Shown here: positions 1-8,853 of the stretch, one piece after another
Layout of the letters: each line of letters opens with the position of its first letter
How positions within the stretch are numbered: position 1 is the stretch's first letter
Assembly (NCBI GenBank): GCA_963664325.2
Contig: CAXXDQ010000004.1
Location: 480,001-544,000, forward strand
Length of the DNA stretch: 64,000 bases
Origin: Desulfomonilia bacterium
Lineage (GTDB): Bacteria > Desulfobacterota > Desulfomonilia > UBA1062
Direction of reading: 5' to 3'
Notes under the pieces: model-generated
Database searches by the model: none
Told to the model about the DNA's origin: nothing
What the model saw: only the letters and a program-made list of their open reading frames with translations
Program-made: the position numbers and the translations under genes

Positions 1-51
1 AAAGGCGGCAAGCATGAAAATTACGCATAAAACCATTTTTCTATTCTTCAT
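1..51 (-). CDS. 5' end of an exported protein running off the window (MKNRKMVLCVIFMLAAF...)
   Basis: ATG at 51-49 preceded by a GGAGG RBS on the minus strand; signal-peptide-like start; partial. Confidence 0.6.
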   Translation of the reverse strand, partial: MKNRKMVLCVIFMLAAF

Positions 52-117
52 AAATTTTTCCTCCAAAGTATTTTTGTTTATTCGAGTAAAACTTTCTAAG
101 ATCTCCTGACCTGCCCA

Positions 118-2469
118 TCAAAAAATAAATGATCTGGTTACCAGGACAGTATCAGTTCTGTTTTTCGGCAGAAATTCGCTAGCGAATGGCATTCGGTCGG
201 CCGGGCGCATGTCATACCTGAATCCTGGAATCTGCGGCAGGCCGTATTCATAATTGCGGACAATAGCTCTTATCTTTCCAGTTGAAGCCGCTTCGATCCT
301 CAAGTCAAAGCCCTGTGATGGTGGCACCCAGTATTGGAAAGTTCTGAAGTATCCATTCGTGCCCGGGTTAGCCAGATCGTTTTCAGGTGAAATTTGCTTT
401 CCGCCCAGGTCTATGCGGGAAATCGGGCCGCTGGATTCTATTTCAACCTCCACCCAGGGCGCTTGCCCGGGCGAGGCAATATGCAATTGGATTATGCGCC
501 TGTCCCCCGCGGTACGATCATCCAGCAGTTTAACTTGAGGCGCATTCAGATTCAGGGCCGGTGCAGGTGCAAAGAGAAGCTCCTTCGAATCCTGCGGGAA
601 CAGTCCGGTCAACTTCCCGCGTTTGAATTGAGCACCCAGAAACTGGGACGTCCACACATCCGGTTGGGAATCCTCGCTGATCCAGAGCGCCTTGCCCGTG
701 TCAGCGTTCAGGGCATAAAAGACCGAATCGGCCTGAGGGTTGGCGGCATCGGGTTTCGCGGTGATACTGCCGGCGATCAATGCCACCGCCGTGACCATTA
801 TGGCAGTTACGGGCAAAGCCCACCGATAGCGACGCGCGAAAAGATCCAGGTGCGGGATAAATAGGCCGAGCATCAGGGCCATCAATATGACCGGGACAAT
901 AATCATCTCTGTCCCCAAAGCAATGTACATTGCGTATATGGACCAGGAAAAGATAAGGAGCACCGGCAATGCGGATACTGCCAGCAGCCCGGCTCGACGC
1001 CATGAGGCGGACTCCGTCTCATAAAAGAGCCAGAGCAGGCCGAACCCTATAAGGCTGAATAGAAGAGGCCACTCAAGCCAGTATGACCCCCCCGGCATCA
1101 GCAGGCATATCATAACTGCCATTATCAACCACCAGAGCAGAGCTCCCAATGTAAGTTCAGCCAAACGGAAGTGTCGGCGAAGAAGGTTGTAAAATGAAGT
1201 TGTGATGGAAATGGTGAGTGTGACAAAGGCGAGCCAGTAGAAAAATCCGTTAGGAATATCAAGAACTGCTCCATACTGGGGGTAAATTCTGAGTAGTCCA
1301 TGCCAGATCAGCCAGACAATACAGGCGCTCATGAGCATATTAAGTAAAAATGCCAGGGTGCCCAAAAGCAGTTTGATCAGGCTAAGCTTTTTTTGCCGCC
1401 GGCCGAATACCGCCAGACCGAGAAAAATCAGAGCCCCCAGAACAGCCAGCGGAATCGCCCAGGATTCAGAATAGTTAATGAGTACCCGATTGAAAATGTC
1501 AAAATAGATGGGGTTGCTGTCCTTGCGCAGATCGGATAAATCCAGGTTTCCAAAGTGCCTGGTCAGGCTTATCGCGTAGGAACCCTGGTGCTGGATGCTT
1601 CCGTGGTCAAGATTGGCTGGATTTTCAGTCATGGTGTGATAGCGGAATTTGCCGCCGAGATGGGCAAAGTTGAATCCCTGAATCCCCGCTCTTTTAAAGG
1701 GTGTAAAATCACTTTCATTAGGCATTGACTTATGCACATCGTACATCATGGAACTGGCAGCAGGGTAAGGTACGGCTTTGGCATATTCAGAAATGAGCCT
1801 GGCGTTGCCGAGGCTCGTCTCGTATGTATAAACAATCCCCTTATCCCCCCCGGTATCAAAATTGAGCGCAAGGCCGACATCTTTCATCCATTGGTGCTGC
1901 TCTACGAAGGCTTGTGCTCCTAACAGCCCGACTTCTTCGCCATCGGTAAAGAGAAAAATCACATCATTTTTGACAGGAGGTCCAGCCTTGAGGGCACGTG
2001 CTGTCTCCAACAGGGTCGCCACCCCGGAGCCATCATCGCTGGCGCCTAATGCGGTGGCAACTGAGTCATAATGGCAGATCAGGAGGATAGCCTGGCTTCC
2101 CACTGTGCCGGCCAGCCGGGCGATAACGTTCTGCACCGTCCCGGCGACGATCATCCCGGGATAGACTGGTGATTGGGGATCAACGAATGTGGTTTCCTGG
2201 ATTTGCGGACTGAGCCCCAAAGCCTTCAACTCACTCATAATATAGTTTCGGGCCTGCAGGTGGGCGGCGGTGCCGACCGGATGCGGCTCAGTGGCAAAGG
2301 CCTCAACGTGCCGAAAGGCCCGCTCTGCCGAGAATTCCTCTGCCGGAATACTGGCTGGTAGGGGGCCAGGCGGCTGCTGCGATAGAAACATTATCAGCGA
2401 AGCAGCAAGAACGAGAAAAAGGAAGAGAAAAACCCCTGGCAATAGATCTCGAATTGATTTCATAATCAT
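118..2469 (-). CDS. M28 family membrane metallopeptidase (ERMP1-like)
   Basis: CHYDS, GASDDGSG, DGEEVGLLGA, SDF and YHT zinc-ligand motifs followed by multiple TM helices. Confidence 0.9.
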   Translation of the reverse strand: MIMKSIRDLLPGVFLFLFLVLAASLIMFLSQQPPGPLPASIPAEEFSAERAFRHVEAFATEPHPVGTAAHLQARNYIMSELKALGLSPQIQETTFVDPQSPVYPGMIVAGTVQNVIARLAGTVGSQAILLICHYDSVATALGASDDGSGVATLLETARALKAGPPVKNDVIFLFTDGEEVGLLGAQAFVEQHQWMKDVGLALNFDTGGDKGIVYTYETSLGNARLISEYAKAVPYPAASSMMYDVHKSMPNESDFTPFKRAGIQGFNFAHLGGKFRYHTMTENPANLDHGSIQHQGSYAISLTRHFGNLDLSDLRKDSNPIYFDIFNRVLINYSESWAIPLAVLGALIFLGLAVFGRRQKKLSLIKLLLGTLAFLLNMLMSACIVWLIWHGLLRIYPQYGAVLDIPNGFFYWLAFVTLTISITTSFYNLLRRHFRLAELTLGALLWWLIMAVMICLLMPGGSYWLEWPLLFSLIGFGLLWLFYETESASWRRAGLLAVSALPVLLIFSWSIYAMYIALGTEMIIVPVILMALMLGLFIPHLDLFARRYRWALPVTAIMVTAVALIAGSITAKPDAANPQADSVFYALNADTGKALWISEDSQPDVWTSQFLGAQFKRGKLTGLFPQDSKELLFAPAPALNLNAPQVKLLDDRTAGDRRIIQLHIASPGQAPWVEVEIESSGPISRIDLGGKQISPENDLANPGTNGYFRTFQYWVPPSQGFDLRIEAASTGKIRAIVRNYEYGLPQIPGFRYDMRPADRMPFASEFLPKNRTDTVLVTRSFIF

Positions 2470-2507
2470 TGTTCTCCTGTTATTGGAATATGACTCTATG
2501 AGATTTC

Positions 2508-3068
2508 CTAAAGATATCGCCTCACATGATTGCAGTATTCAGCATATTGCCCGCCGAATACCTTTTGCAGATGCTGCTCCTCAGCCAGGACGATCCTGTG
2601 GTGCACTCTAACCACATATGCGCCGATGATTAGCAAAAGGGGGTTAAGAGTATATAAAACCGAGGCAAGCAAAGTCGCATACATACCCAGATACATCGGA
2701 TTCCGGCTGAACCTGAAAAGTCCGTCAACCTTCAGGTTCGTGCATTCTTTGGGCGATCCGATCCGGAAAGAGTCTCCGAGCCCGAGTCGCCCGATGAACA
2801 AAAATGCAAACCCGGAAACCCACAAACACAAGGACATCCATTTCAAAAATTCAGGGGTCTTCATAAACGAAAGGCTGATGCCCCAGCCATGAGCAACCAT
2901 GGCGGCCCACAGAAGAAGAATTGAATACTTGCTGCTGGAAAAATGAACTTTGTCGATTGGAGGATAGCCTCCCATATCGATATTTTTTTTCCGCAATACT
3001 TTCTCACCGGCGAAGAGGACAATCATGAATCCTAGCGGCAGCAGTGTTATTATTAATGCTTCAATCAT
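2508..3068 (-). CDS. Isoprenylcysteine carboxyl methyltransferase/PEMT family membrane protein
   Basis: L.vdGLFRFSRNPMYLG ... EE.hL...FG..Y.EY...V.RY motif. Confidence 0.85.
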   Translation of the reverse strand: MIEALIITLLPLGFMIVLFAGEKVLRKKNIDMGGYPPIDKVHFSSSKYSILLLWAAMVAHGWGISLSFMKTPEFLKWMSLCLWVSGFAFLFIGRLGLGDSFRIGSPKECTNLKVDGLFRFSRNPMYLGMYATLLASVLYTLNPLLLIIGAYVVRVHHRIVLAEEQHLQKVFGGQYAEYCNHVRRYL

Positions 3069-3122
3069 CGATCAACCCTCGCTCTCATCAGTTCCTTATT
3101 CACCCTTGCGGCCCTGATGCGG

Positions 3123-3644
3123 CTAAAACCACGTCTTCGCACGGTATGTCAGGTAGGCCTGCCCATAAGCTGACAGAAGATCTTCTTCCTCGATGCGGCG
3201 CAGATAAAGGATGAAGCCTATGCACACCAGTGCTGCGATCAGGCTGGCGGCGGCGCCATAGAATATTATCCAGCCGAGTATCCAGAGTATGAAGCCTGCA
3301 TACATGGGATGGCGTATCCTGGAAAAAATTCCTCCGGTTACCAGATGGTCGATGTTCTCCACGCCCTTCAACTGGATTAAGCCGCCCAGGGCTATTCCCA
3401 GCCCGGTTATCAGCATGCCGAGGCCGGACAATTTTACGATAAGGGGAAGACCTGTGCGCCACGGGTCCAGGGGGCACATGAAGCACCAGCTCGACAGCAT
3501 CATGCACATGGCCAGAAATACAATGGCAACAGCAGCTTTATTATTCTGATTCACTCTGCCGCTTATTTTAAGCAGCTCATAGATTATGCGGACCGCCATG
3601 CCTGTCAGGCACATACCGAGATAAACAGGATAAGCTGTATTCAT
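3123..3644 (-). CDS. Isoprenylcysteine carboxyl methyltransferase/PEMT family membrane protein
   Basis: LVTGGIFSRIRHPMYAG ... EEEDL...YG..Y..Y motif. Confidence 0.85.
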   Translation of the reverse strand: MNTAYPVYLGMCLTGMAVRIIYELLKISGRVNQNNKAAVAIVFLAMCMMLSSWCFMCPLDPWRTGLPLIVKLSGLGMLITGLGIALGGLIQLKGVENIDHLVTGGIFSRIRHPMYAGFILWILGWIIFYGAAASLIAALVCIGFILYLRRIEEEDLLSAYGQAYLTYRAKTWF

Positions 3645-3686
3645 TTTCCGATCCCTTCCTTTAAAATAGCACTGAAACGAAACTTC

Positions 3687-4094
3687 CTAGCGCCACACGG
3701 CCAGAATTGCGCCTGCAATGCTTAGAGCCGCCAAATGATTGCCGATGCGAATCATGAACAGTTTGAAGGGAATCTTTTCCCATATCAGCTCACCTGTTTC
3801 TAGTGTTACTACGAAGCCGATCCAGGTCATGACTCCAACAGCAATCCCTCCGGGAGCAGTTGTAACTTTTGCGAGATTGACTATCACGGCCAGCGTCAGG
3901 GCGATCAACTGATGGCCGATAAGGCCGGCGACAAGAAATTTACGGGCAGGCTTCAATTCCTGCCCTGTGAGTTCCGCCCAGGCCTTGCCAAAGAGCTTTG
4001 GCTGGAACCAGATCAGGCCTGTCACCATGTGGGCTATGCCTGCAGCCAGGACTGCCCAGAGATTGATATCCGACAACGCGGTTTTCAAAAACAT
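3687..4094 (-). CDS. DUF1761-like membrane protein
   Basis: INLWAVLAAG...G.IWF.P.LFGKAW start and four TM segments. Confidence 0.8.
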   Translation of the reverse strand: MFLKTALSDINLWAVLAAGIAHMVTGLIWFQPKLFGKAWAELTGQELKPARKFLVAGLIGHQLIALTLAVIVNLAKVTTAPGGIAVGVMTWIGFVVTLETGELIWEKIPFKLFMIRIGNHLAALSIAGAILAVWR

Positions 4095-4144
4095 TCTCCA
4101 CCCCCTAAGATATAACCTGACATATTATTCCTATAATCATTTTT

Positions 4145-4720
4145 TTATTTGCCGCTCTCAGGAAGCAGCGCCCAGAACCATCTGTGAAGTGACGCTGCTG
4201 CCGGCCGCAGTCCGTAGCTCATGATCACACCCAGAACCAGGCCCAGCACCGAATGCATCAGTAAAGCCCCGCCGTACCACTGAATCGTCTTTGATGCAGT
4301 CATCTTGAGCAGGATGGGTGCAGTCGCAAGAATCGGCTGACTCAGAATCTGCACATACAGGATTGCAAGAAATACGCTCTTCTTCGTTGTTGTCAGCCGC
4401 AGGGCCTTGACCTTTGTCACTGCCGCCCCGAAGAGAACGCCGACCGCAGGGCCGATCAGATAATGCGTAATCACACCCAGAGGAACTCCGCCTGTCATCT
4501 CAATCCCGTTTAAGGAAAATAATCTGGCTACCGTATCTCCGACAATCATGAAGCAGGTCAATGCCGGAAATCCCGCCACAGGCAGAGCTGCCATGAGAAG
4601 TATATCCATTGTCAGCGTACCCGCCAGGCCTGATGCAAAGCCCCACGCCAGACCTTTAGACAGGCTCGCCCGGACGGGATGGCCGGTATACAGCGAATCA
4701 TTCTTCATCGTCAGCTCCAT
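4145..4720 (-). CDS. Hypothetical integral membrane protein
   Basis: Four hydrophobic segments with His in TM positions (HYLIG, HSVLG); in operon. Confidence 0.7.
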   Translation of the reverse strand: MELTMKNDSLYTGHPVRASLSKGLAWGFASGLAGTLTMDILLMAALPVAGFPALTCFMIVGDTVARLFSLNGIEMTGGVPLGVITHYLIGPAVGVLFGAAVTKVKALRLTTTKKSVFLAILYVQILSQPILATAPILLKMTASKTIQWYGGALLMHSVLGLVLGVIMSYGLRPAAASLHRWFWALLPESGK

Positions 4721-4754
4721 GTTCTTCCCTTCCGATATTGTTTAATGAGGGCCC

Positions 4755-4925
4755 TCAGGCCCTCTCGCGGTTTGTGCTCAGCTTTTGTCTGTATATCCTC
4801 CAGCCCGGCCACCATTTTGCATGCCAGCGGTGGATACGGGCATAAACTGAATCGGGTTTTTCCATCGCCTTGCAGCGGATTGTGCATTCGGAACATTTGT
4901 GAAGATTCATCATTGTCTCGATCAT
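4755..4925 (-). CDS. Small 56-aa protein MIETMMNLHKCSECTIRCKAMEKPDSVYARIHRWHAKWWPGWRIYRQKLSTNRERA (below the ORF-track cutoff)
   Basis: Translated by hand; strong GAGGAGGT RBS; fills the operon gap; CxxC and HRWH..WWPGW motifs. Confidence 0.75.
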   Translation of the reverse strand: MIETMMNLHKCSECTIRCKAMEKPDSVYARIHRWHAKWWPGWRIYRQKLSTNRERA

Positions 4926-4940
4926 GGCATACCTCCTCTT

Positions 4941-5177
4941 TTAGCAGTTTACTTTCGTTGTCCCTGAGCAGCCATCCGGTTCCGAAAGGTATTCCCTTGC
5001 CCCAAGTGAGCCCAATATGATCAGTCCGACGCCGATCATGCCGATGCCCCAGCCTACGTCGGCCAGCACGGCAATTCCTGTCCAGACGAAGAAGGCCCCC
5101 CAGCCGATTGCGTCCAGACGCCTGTCGATTTTGTTTCTCCGGACTGCTTTCTGATCTTGATGATTTTTTTCAGTCAT
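4941..5177 (-). CDS. Small two-TM membrane protein
   Basis: 78 aa, RLDAIGWGAFFVWTG motif, overlaps the upstream ORF stop. Confidence 0.7.
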   Translation of the reverse strand: MTEKNHQDQKAVRRNKIDRRLDAIGWGAFFVWTGIAVLADVGWGIGMIGVGLIILGSLGAREYLSEPDGCSGTTKVNC

Positions 5178-5364
5178 GGCTCTTCTCCTCTTTGGTTTCT
5201 TTTGTCTCTTCCCTGTTCCCGAAGCATTTCTCCATCATCGATTTCATGACGCCTTCGCAGTCAGGGCACCCTTTTTTACCCGTCAGCTTCTGCATCATCT
5301 CGGCGCATTGCGGGTCTTCCATGCAGGTGCTGAACATCTTCTGAAAATCCTTTTTGCCTTCCAT
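5170..5364 (-). CDS. Small Met/Cys-rich protein (first gene of the operon)
   Basis: AGGAGG RBS; CPDC motif and many Met. Confidence 0.65.
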   Translation of the reverse strand: MEGKKDFQKMFSTCMEDPQCAEMMQKLTGKKGCPDCEGVMKSMMEKCFGNREETKETKEEKSHD

Positions 5365-5411
5365 TTTTATTTAAACCTCCTTGTTTTTTTGTTGAACCAT
5401 GCCATCAATAG

Positions 5412-5427
5412 AGCACGAGACGTGCCA
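5412..5427 (-). promoter_or_regulatory. Sigma54 (-24/-12) promoter
   Basis: Minus strand TGGCACGTCTCGTGCT = GG-N10-GC, ~50 bp upstream of the 5364 start. Confidence 0.75.
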
Positions 5428-5501
5428 CTCGAAAGACGCCATGAAAAAGCACATGCCGACACAGTTTAACTCACTGAAAATATGAAAATAATTTACTATA
5501 T

Positions 5502-5587
5502 GCCTTGATTGGATGGGTTTAAGAGAGACCTGAAACAGGTTACCGAAAGTAATAAGAAAACCTGCTAGATATTACCATTGGTAACAT
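5502..5587. promoter_or_regulatory. Putative enhancer (UAS) region, copy 1, with GTTACCGAAAGTAAT and TTACCATTGGTAAC dyads
   Basis: Dyads lie ~110-160 bp upstream of the sigma54 site; homologous copy at 10898-11048. Confidence 0.55.
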
Positions 5588-5595
5588 GGAATTTT

Positions 5596-5722
5596 ATTCC
5601 GCTTCGCATTCAAGCGGCATCTTTGTCGGCTGCGTCGGAATGCTCCTCGGAGTACGTAACTGAGTACACCTGCGTCGCTTCCTCCTGGTCTTCTCGATGT
5701 CATCTTGAATGCAAAGCGGAAT
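5596..5722. repeat. ~127 bp MITE/REP-like element, family A, copy 1
   Basis: Terminal inverted repeats ATTCCGCTTCGCATTCAAG / CTTGAATGCAAAGCGGAAT; second copy at 34264-34388. Confidence 0.85.
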
Positions 5723-5828
5723 TACAAAGAACCGTATTCAACTATATTCGCCACGGCATCAAAGTATTGGCGAATCAACTTTCAGTGCATATCTGAAGTG
5801 AGAGCTAAAATTAAGATTTCTTCTGAGA

Positions 5829-5893
5829 AGATGACGACCCGGCTCACGGTAGCAGGTGTTACCTCTGCGTCCGTGTGCATGCGTTCTTTAACG
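5829..5893 (-). mobile_element. Degenerate attC-like site
   Basis: Imperfect hairpin GCATGCACACGGACGCAGAGGT/ACCTGCTACCGTGAGC directly after the stop of 5888-6928; R boxes degenerate. Confidence 0.45.
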
Positions 5894-6928
5894 TCTACCT
5901 GATGTGATTGCTACTATATTAACAACGGTACGAGTTGCTTCTGAGCATAAGGCTGCATCTTTATACGTTGCTGTTCGTTTGTGCTGGAGATTGTTTGCAA
6001 GAATTAATGATGCCTTTGCATGTCTTCGCAATGGTTCATTATCTGTTCCATGAAATTCAAAAGAGAAATAGGCTTCAAGCATCCTGTATGCATCAGTTTC
6101 ACTAGGTTGAATACCATCACTAGGCGTATGTTTTTCTGGATTGTATACAGCTTGTGCAAGCGAAATAAGGCATTCTCTGCAAAAAAGTCCCACAGCTTGA
6201 TATTCCTCTTCGTCCTTTTCATGGATAAGACCGTTGATTATTTTATCCACTGTCCTATCAACTTTTTCCCACCCAGTAGTTTCATGACTTGGATCAAATT
6301 TGTTGGGTGTAGGTGCTCCTGCAAGATGTTCAAGCATGGGTCGATAAATACTCCTTACGTAATCTCTTCGAGATTGGTAGGTTAGCAAGTCACCGCTACT
6401 CCAACGACCATACCAAGCCCAAAGGTCTTTAAAAGGATTAGGATCAGATTTGTTGATAGATTGAAGTTTATCAGAGATTAATTCCTGGCGATTCTTATAC
6501 TCATCATTCTTAACTTGTATTCTTGGTCCACCAGTTGCGACGGCAATCATTAGATCAATTTGGGCTTCTATCAGACGCTCAAGTTCTGTTTTATCAAATT
6601 CATTTCTGTCAACCAGTAATGAACGTGCTGCAAGATCATGGACTTTGAGTTGGGAAGGCAAAACTGCTTCAATAGCATTTTGTATTGCAGCAAATTCTTC
6701 TGTTGGTGTTTTCCAAAAACTAGATTGATCTTCAAATCTTGCTAAATCGGTGGCTCTGCTCCTTAGGGTTAGATTAAGTCCAAGTTCAGTAGAACCTGCA
6801 TATCTTTGTCCCGTTTCTCCCATCTCAAGTTTACAACGAGAAAGTAAATCGGCTTCCACATGTAAACCAAGCTCACGAAGATGGGCTATCGCACTTATTC
6901 TTATTGTTTCAGGATCAGGTACTTTCAT
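5888..6928 (-). CDS. Putative abortive-infection-type protein (AbiJ-related, HEPN-like C-terminus)
   Basis: ATGGPRI..N.EY middle motif; C-terminal GWEKVDR...QAVGLFCRE.LISLAQ...ANNLQH; low GC. Confidence 0.55.
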   Translation of the reverse strand: MKVPDPETIRISAIAHLRELGLHVEADLLSRCKLEMGETGQRYAGSTELGLNLTLRSRATDLARFEDQSSFWKTPTEEFAAIQNAIEAVLPSQLKVHDLAARSLLVDRNEFDKTELERLIEAQIDLMIAVATGGPRIQVKNDEYKNRQELISDKLQSINKSDPNPFKDLWAWYGRWSSGDLLTYQSRRDYVRSIYRPMLEHLAGAPTPNKFDPSHETTGWEKVDRTVDKIINGLIHEKDEEEYQAVGLFCRECLISLAQAVYNPEKHTPSDGIQPSETDAYRMLEAYFSFEFHGTDNEPLRRHAKASLILANNLQHKRTATYKDAALCSEATRTVVNIVAITSGRR

Positions 6929-7011
6929 TATATCCTACACTGAAATCTCTGCGTGTCAGGCATGACACGTTTTGCTCGTTTTAGGTTGATTGATCATATT
7001 TGGTGTTTATT

Positions 7012-7734
7012 TTATTTATGATCCACCTTCAAATAAAACCGAGCTGTTTTTACAAACTGAGTGAACGATTCCCATATTAGAGTTGCAGCCCTGTTCATCA
7101 CCTCGACTGCTTCGTCAAAACGTTTTTCTAGGCGTTCGTTTTTTTCAAGCCATTCTGGCGGAATATGTGCAACATTGCCGTCATGCCAGATGCGATTTAC
7201 CGATTTTTGCCTGTAGTCATGAATTGCTGCTTTGAGGTCTGCCAATGCTGCTGCCATCTGTGCATCAAAAAACTCGGTTTGTGGAAGACTCACCTCATGT
7301 ACAAAATCCCAGAGCCGACCTTCAACATCAGTAGAATAACAGTTACTATAATCATGATCTCGGAAATGAATCATTCGAGAGCTGCCACCAAGCAAATCAT
7401 AGAGTTTGAGATAGAGATTCCTATCAAGCTCTTCATAGCCAGTTGGTGCACCCGGACCTGTCCCGTTTGCATAAGTCGCATACCAATGGTCACGATGGCC
7501 GCGTAATTCTTCCGGTGAAAACTTAGTGCCTCTTGGATGCTCACTACTATAATGACCAACTTCTGCATGACAATCGAAGCAGAGCGGAATGCAGTTTTCA
7601 TATGTATCCTCGCCTCCTTGGGCGTGCGGCGTGATATGATGGCATTCCATGCCGACACCGGTGAACTTATGACACAGGCAACAGCGCCGCCCACAAGCAA
7701 TCATAGCTCTTGTTTTTGTCTCTAACGCGAACAT
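7012..7734 (-). CDS. HNH endonuclease domain protein
   Basis: CCLCH...ECHHI.P...GG.D...NCIPLCFDCH; ATG at 7734 with a GAAGG RBS. Confidence 0.85.
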   Translation of the reverse strand: MFALETKTRAMIACGRRCCLCHKFTGVGMECHHITPHAQGGEDTYENCIPLCFDCHAEVGHYSSEHPRGTKFSPEELRGHRDHWYATYANGTGPGAPTGYEELDRNLYLKLYDLLGGSSRMIHFRDHDYSNCYSTDVEGRLWDFVHEVSLPQTEFFDAQMAAALADLKAAIHDYRQKSVNRIWHDGNVAHIPPEWLEKNERLEKRFDEAVEVMNRAATLIWESFTQFVKTARFYLKVDHK

Positions 7735-7758
7735 GTCTTTCCTTCTCAACGGCCGAGA

Positions 7759-8013
7759 TCACTCGGGACTTCTTTTCTTATACAGCTCTTCAAGTTTGTT
7801 TAATGTATCTACGAAGTCATCAATTTCTTTTTTACTCCAATAATAAGTATGATTTGTCTTTTTATTTATAAAACTGATAATACATTCTGGATCTGTTTTT
7901 AGCTTATTGTTAAAGTTATCAATGATCCACTTTTTTGCATCTTCAAAGCTTTCTTTGTCTATCCCTTCCTGTGTAAGCTTGAACAGTTCGGTTGCATCTA
8001 TTGTTTTAAACAT
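7759..8013 (-). CDS. Small hypothetical protein
   Basis: GGAGGT RBS before ATG 8013; AT-rich. Confidence 0.55.
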   Translation of the reverse strand: MFKTIDATELFKLTQEGIDKESFEDAKKWIIDNFNNKLKTDPECIISFINKKTNHTYYWSKKEIDDFVDTLNKLEELYKKRSPE

Positions 8014-8212
8014 TAGATCACCTCCGAAAAGTATGTTTTTATTCCTAGAGACACCCAACAATTAATACACCCCAACCCTTTTTTCAGATTTTTTAATATT
8101 ACATTATTCAGTGAAGAAAAAAAAAGGGAAATATGGCATAAAATCAAATCTTCACCAGTGGGTATTTCATAAAGACCAAAAGCCCGGTGATCGGCAACTG
8201 ATGATTAAATTA

Positions 8213-8533
8213 TCAGGCGGCCATTTTTTGAACTACCACTTTAATATGCTCAAACTCTTTGCAGGCGTTTACCAGTTCGATAAAGTTCTTCAAGGTCGGA
8301 TTTCCTGATGGACCCACCATCCTTCTGATGCTCTTGTCGGACTTGTTGATGCGACGTGCGATTTGTTGCACTGATTCGGTAACATTGAGGTAGTCCCTTA
8401 AAAGGGTTTTGCCCGTTTCTATATCGCCGTCAAGTATCTCGTTAAGCGCTTCGGTAATCAGGCCGATCCTGAATTCGGGATCATTTTGAGCCCTCTTGAT
8501 AACCGTTTCCCTGAATAGTTTAGCAACCGGCAT
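8213..8533 (-). CDS. Addiction-module antidote protein (HigA/HI1420-like HTH antitoxin)
   Basis: F.ETV..RA..DPEFR..L..EA...GK.LLRDY.N...GNPT..N pattern. Confidence 0.8.
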   Translation of the reverse strand: MPVAKLFRETVIKRAQNDPEFRIGLITEALNEILDGDIETGKTLLRDYLNVTESVQQIARRINKSDKSIRRMVGPSGNPTLKNFIELVNACKEFEHIKVVVQKMAA

Positions 8534-8536
8534 GAT

Positions 8537-8668
8537 TCACCTCTCAATCTTTCTTGTTGTTATTTTGATTGCTGAAGCAGCATCCAGCGCATTGAACCAC
8601 TCCGAGAACGGTGAAGTTCCATCCGTTCTTGTGTATTCAATTGCAGGCGCAGATATTGAAACTTTCAT
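8537..8668 (-). pseudogene. Truncated RelE/HigB-like addiction-module toxin (43 aa)
   Basis: MKVSISAPAIEYTRTDGTSPFSEWFNALDAASAIKITTRKIER* matches the N-terminus of ~100-aa killer proteins; directly upstream of the antitoxin. Confidence 0.7.
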
Positions 8669-8675
8669 ATGGCTT

Positions 8676-8704
8676 ATTGGTAACATATACGTTACCAATG
8701 TCAA
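8676..8704 (-). promoter_or_regulatory. TA promoter/operator
   Basis: TTGACA (-35, 8704-8699) adjoining the palindrome ATTGGTAAC-N6-GTTACCAAT. Confidence 0.65.
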
Positions 8705-8765
8705 GCTTCAAAAGTTGGTCAGGATATCCCCGCTAAAAAAATTGATTCGAAGATCCATGTACCCT

Positions 8766-8829
8766 GAGTCGTCAGCCACGATTCTTGACAAATTAATTCA
8801 AATGTCATGAATAAAAGGCCTGACGCCTT
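8766..8829. repeat. REP-like palindromic element, family B (degenerate left arm)
   Basis: Right arm AAAGGCCTGACGCCTT; internal TCTTGAC as in the 10963-11025 copy. Confidence 0.6.
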
Positions 8830-8853
8830 TGTGCGCCTCTGTGTATTCTTTTC

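Noticed and set aside
6930-7010. attC between the HNH and Abi-like genes
   Set aside because: Only a short CGTGTCA/TGACACG hairpin is present; no R boxes recognisable.
8676-8699. TA palindrome as a third site for the sigma54 activator (shares GGTAAC half-sites)
   Set aside because: The half-sites are in the opposite orientation with different spacing, and overlap a sigma70-like -35 box; better explained as the antitoxin operator.
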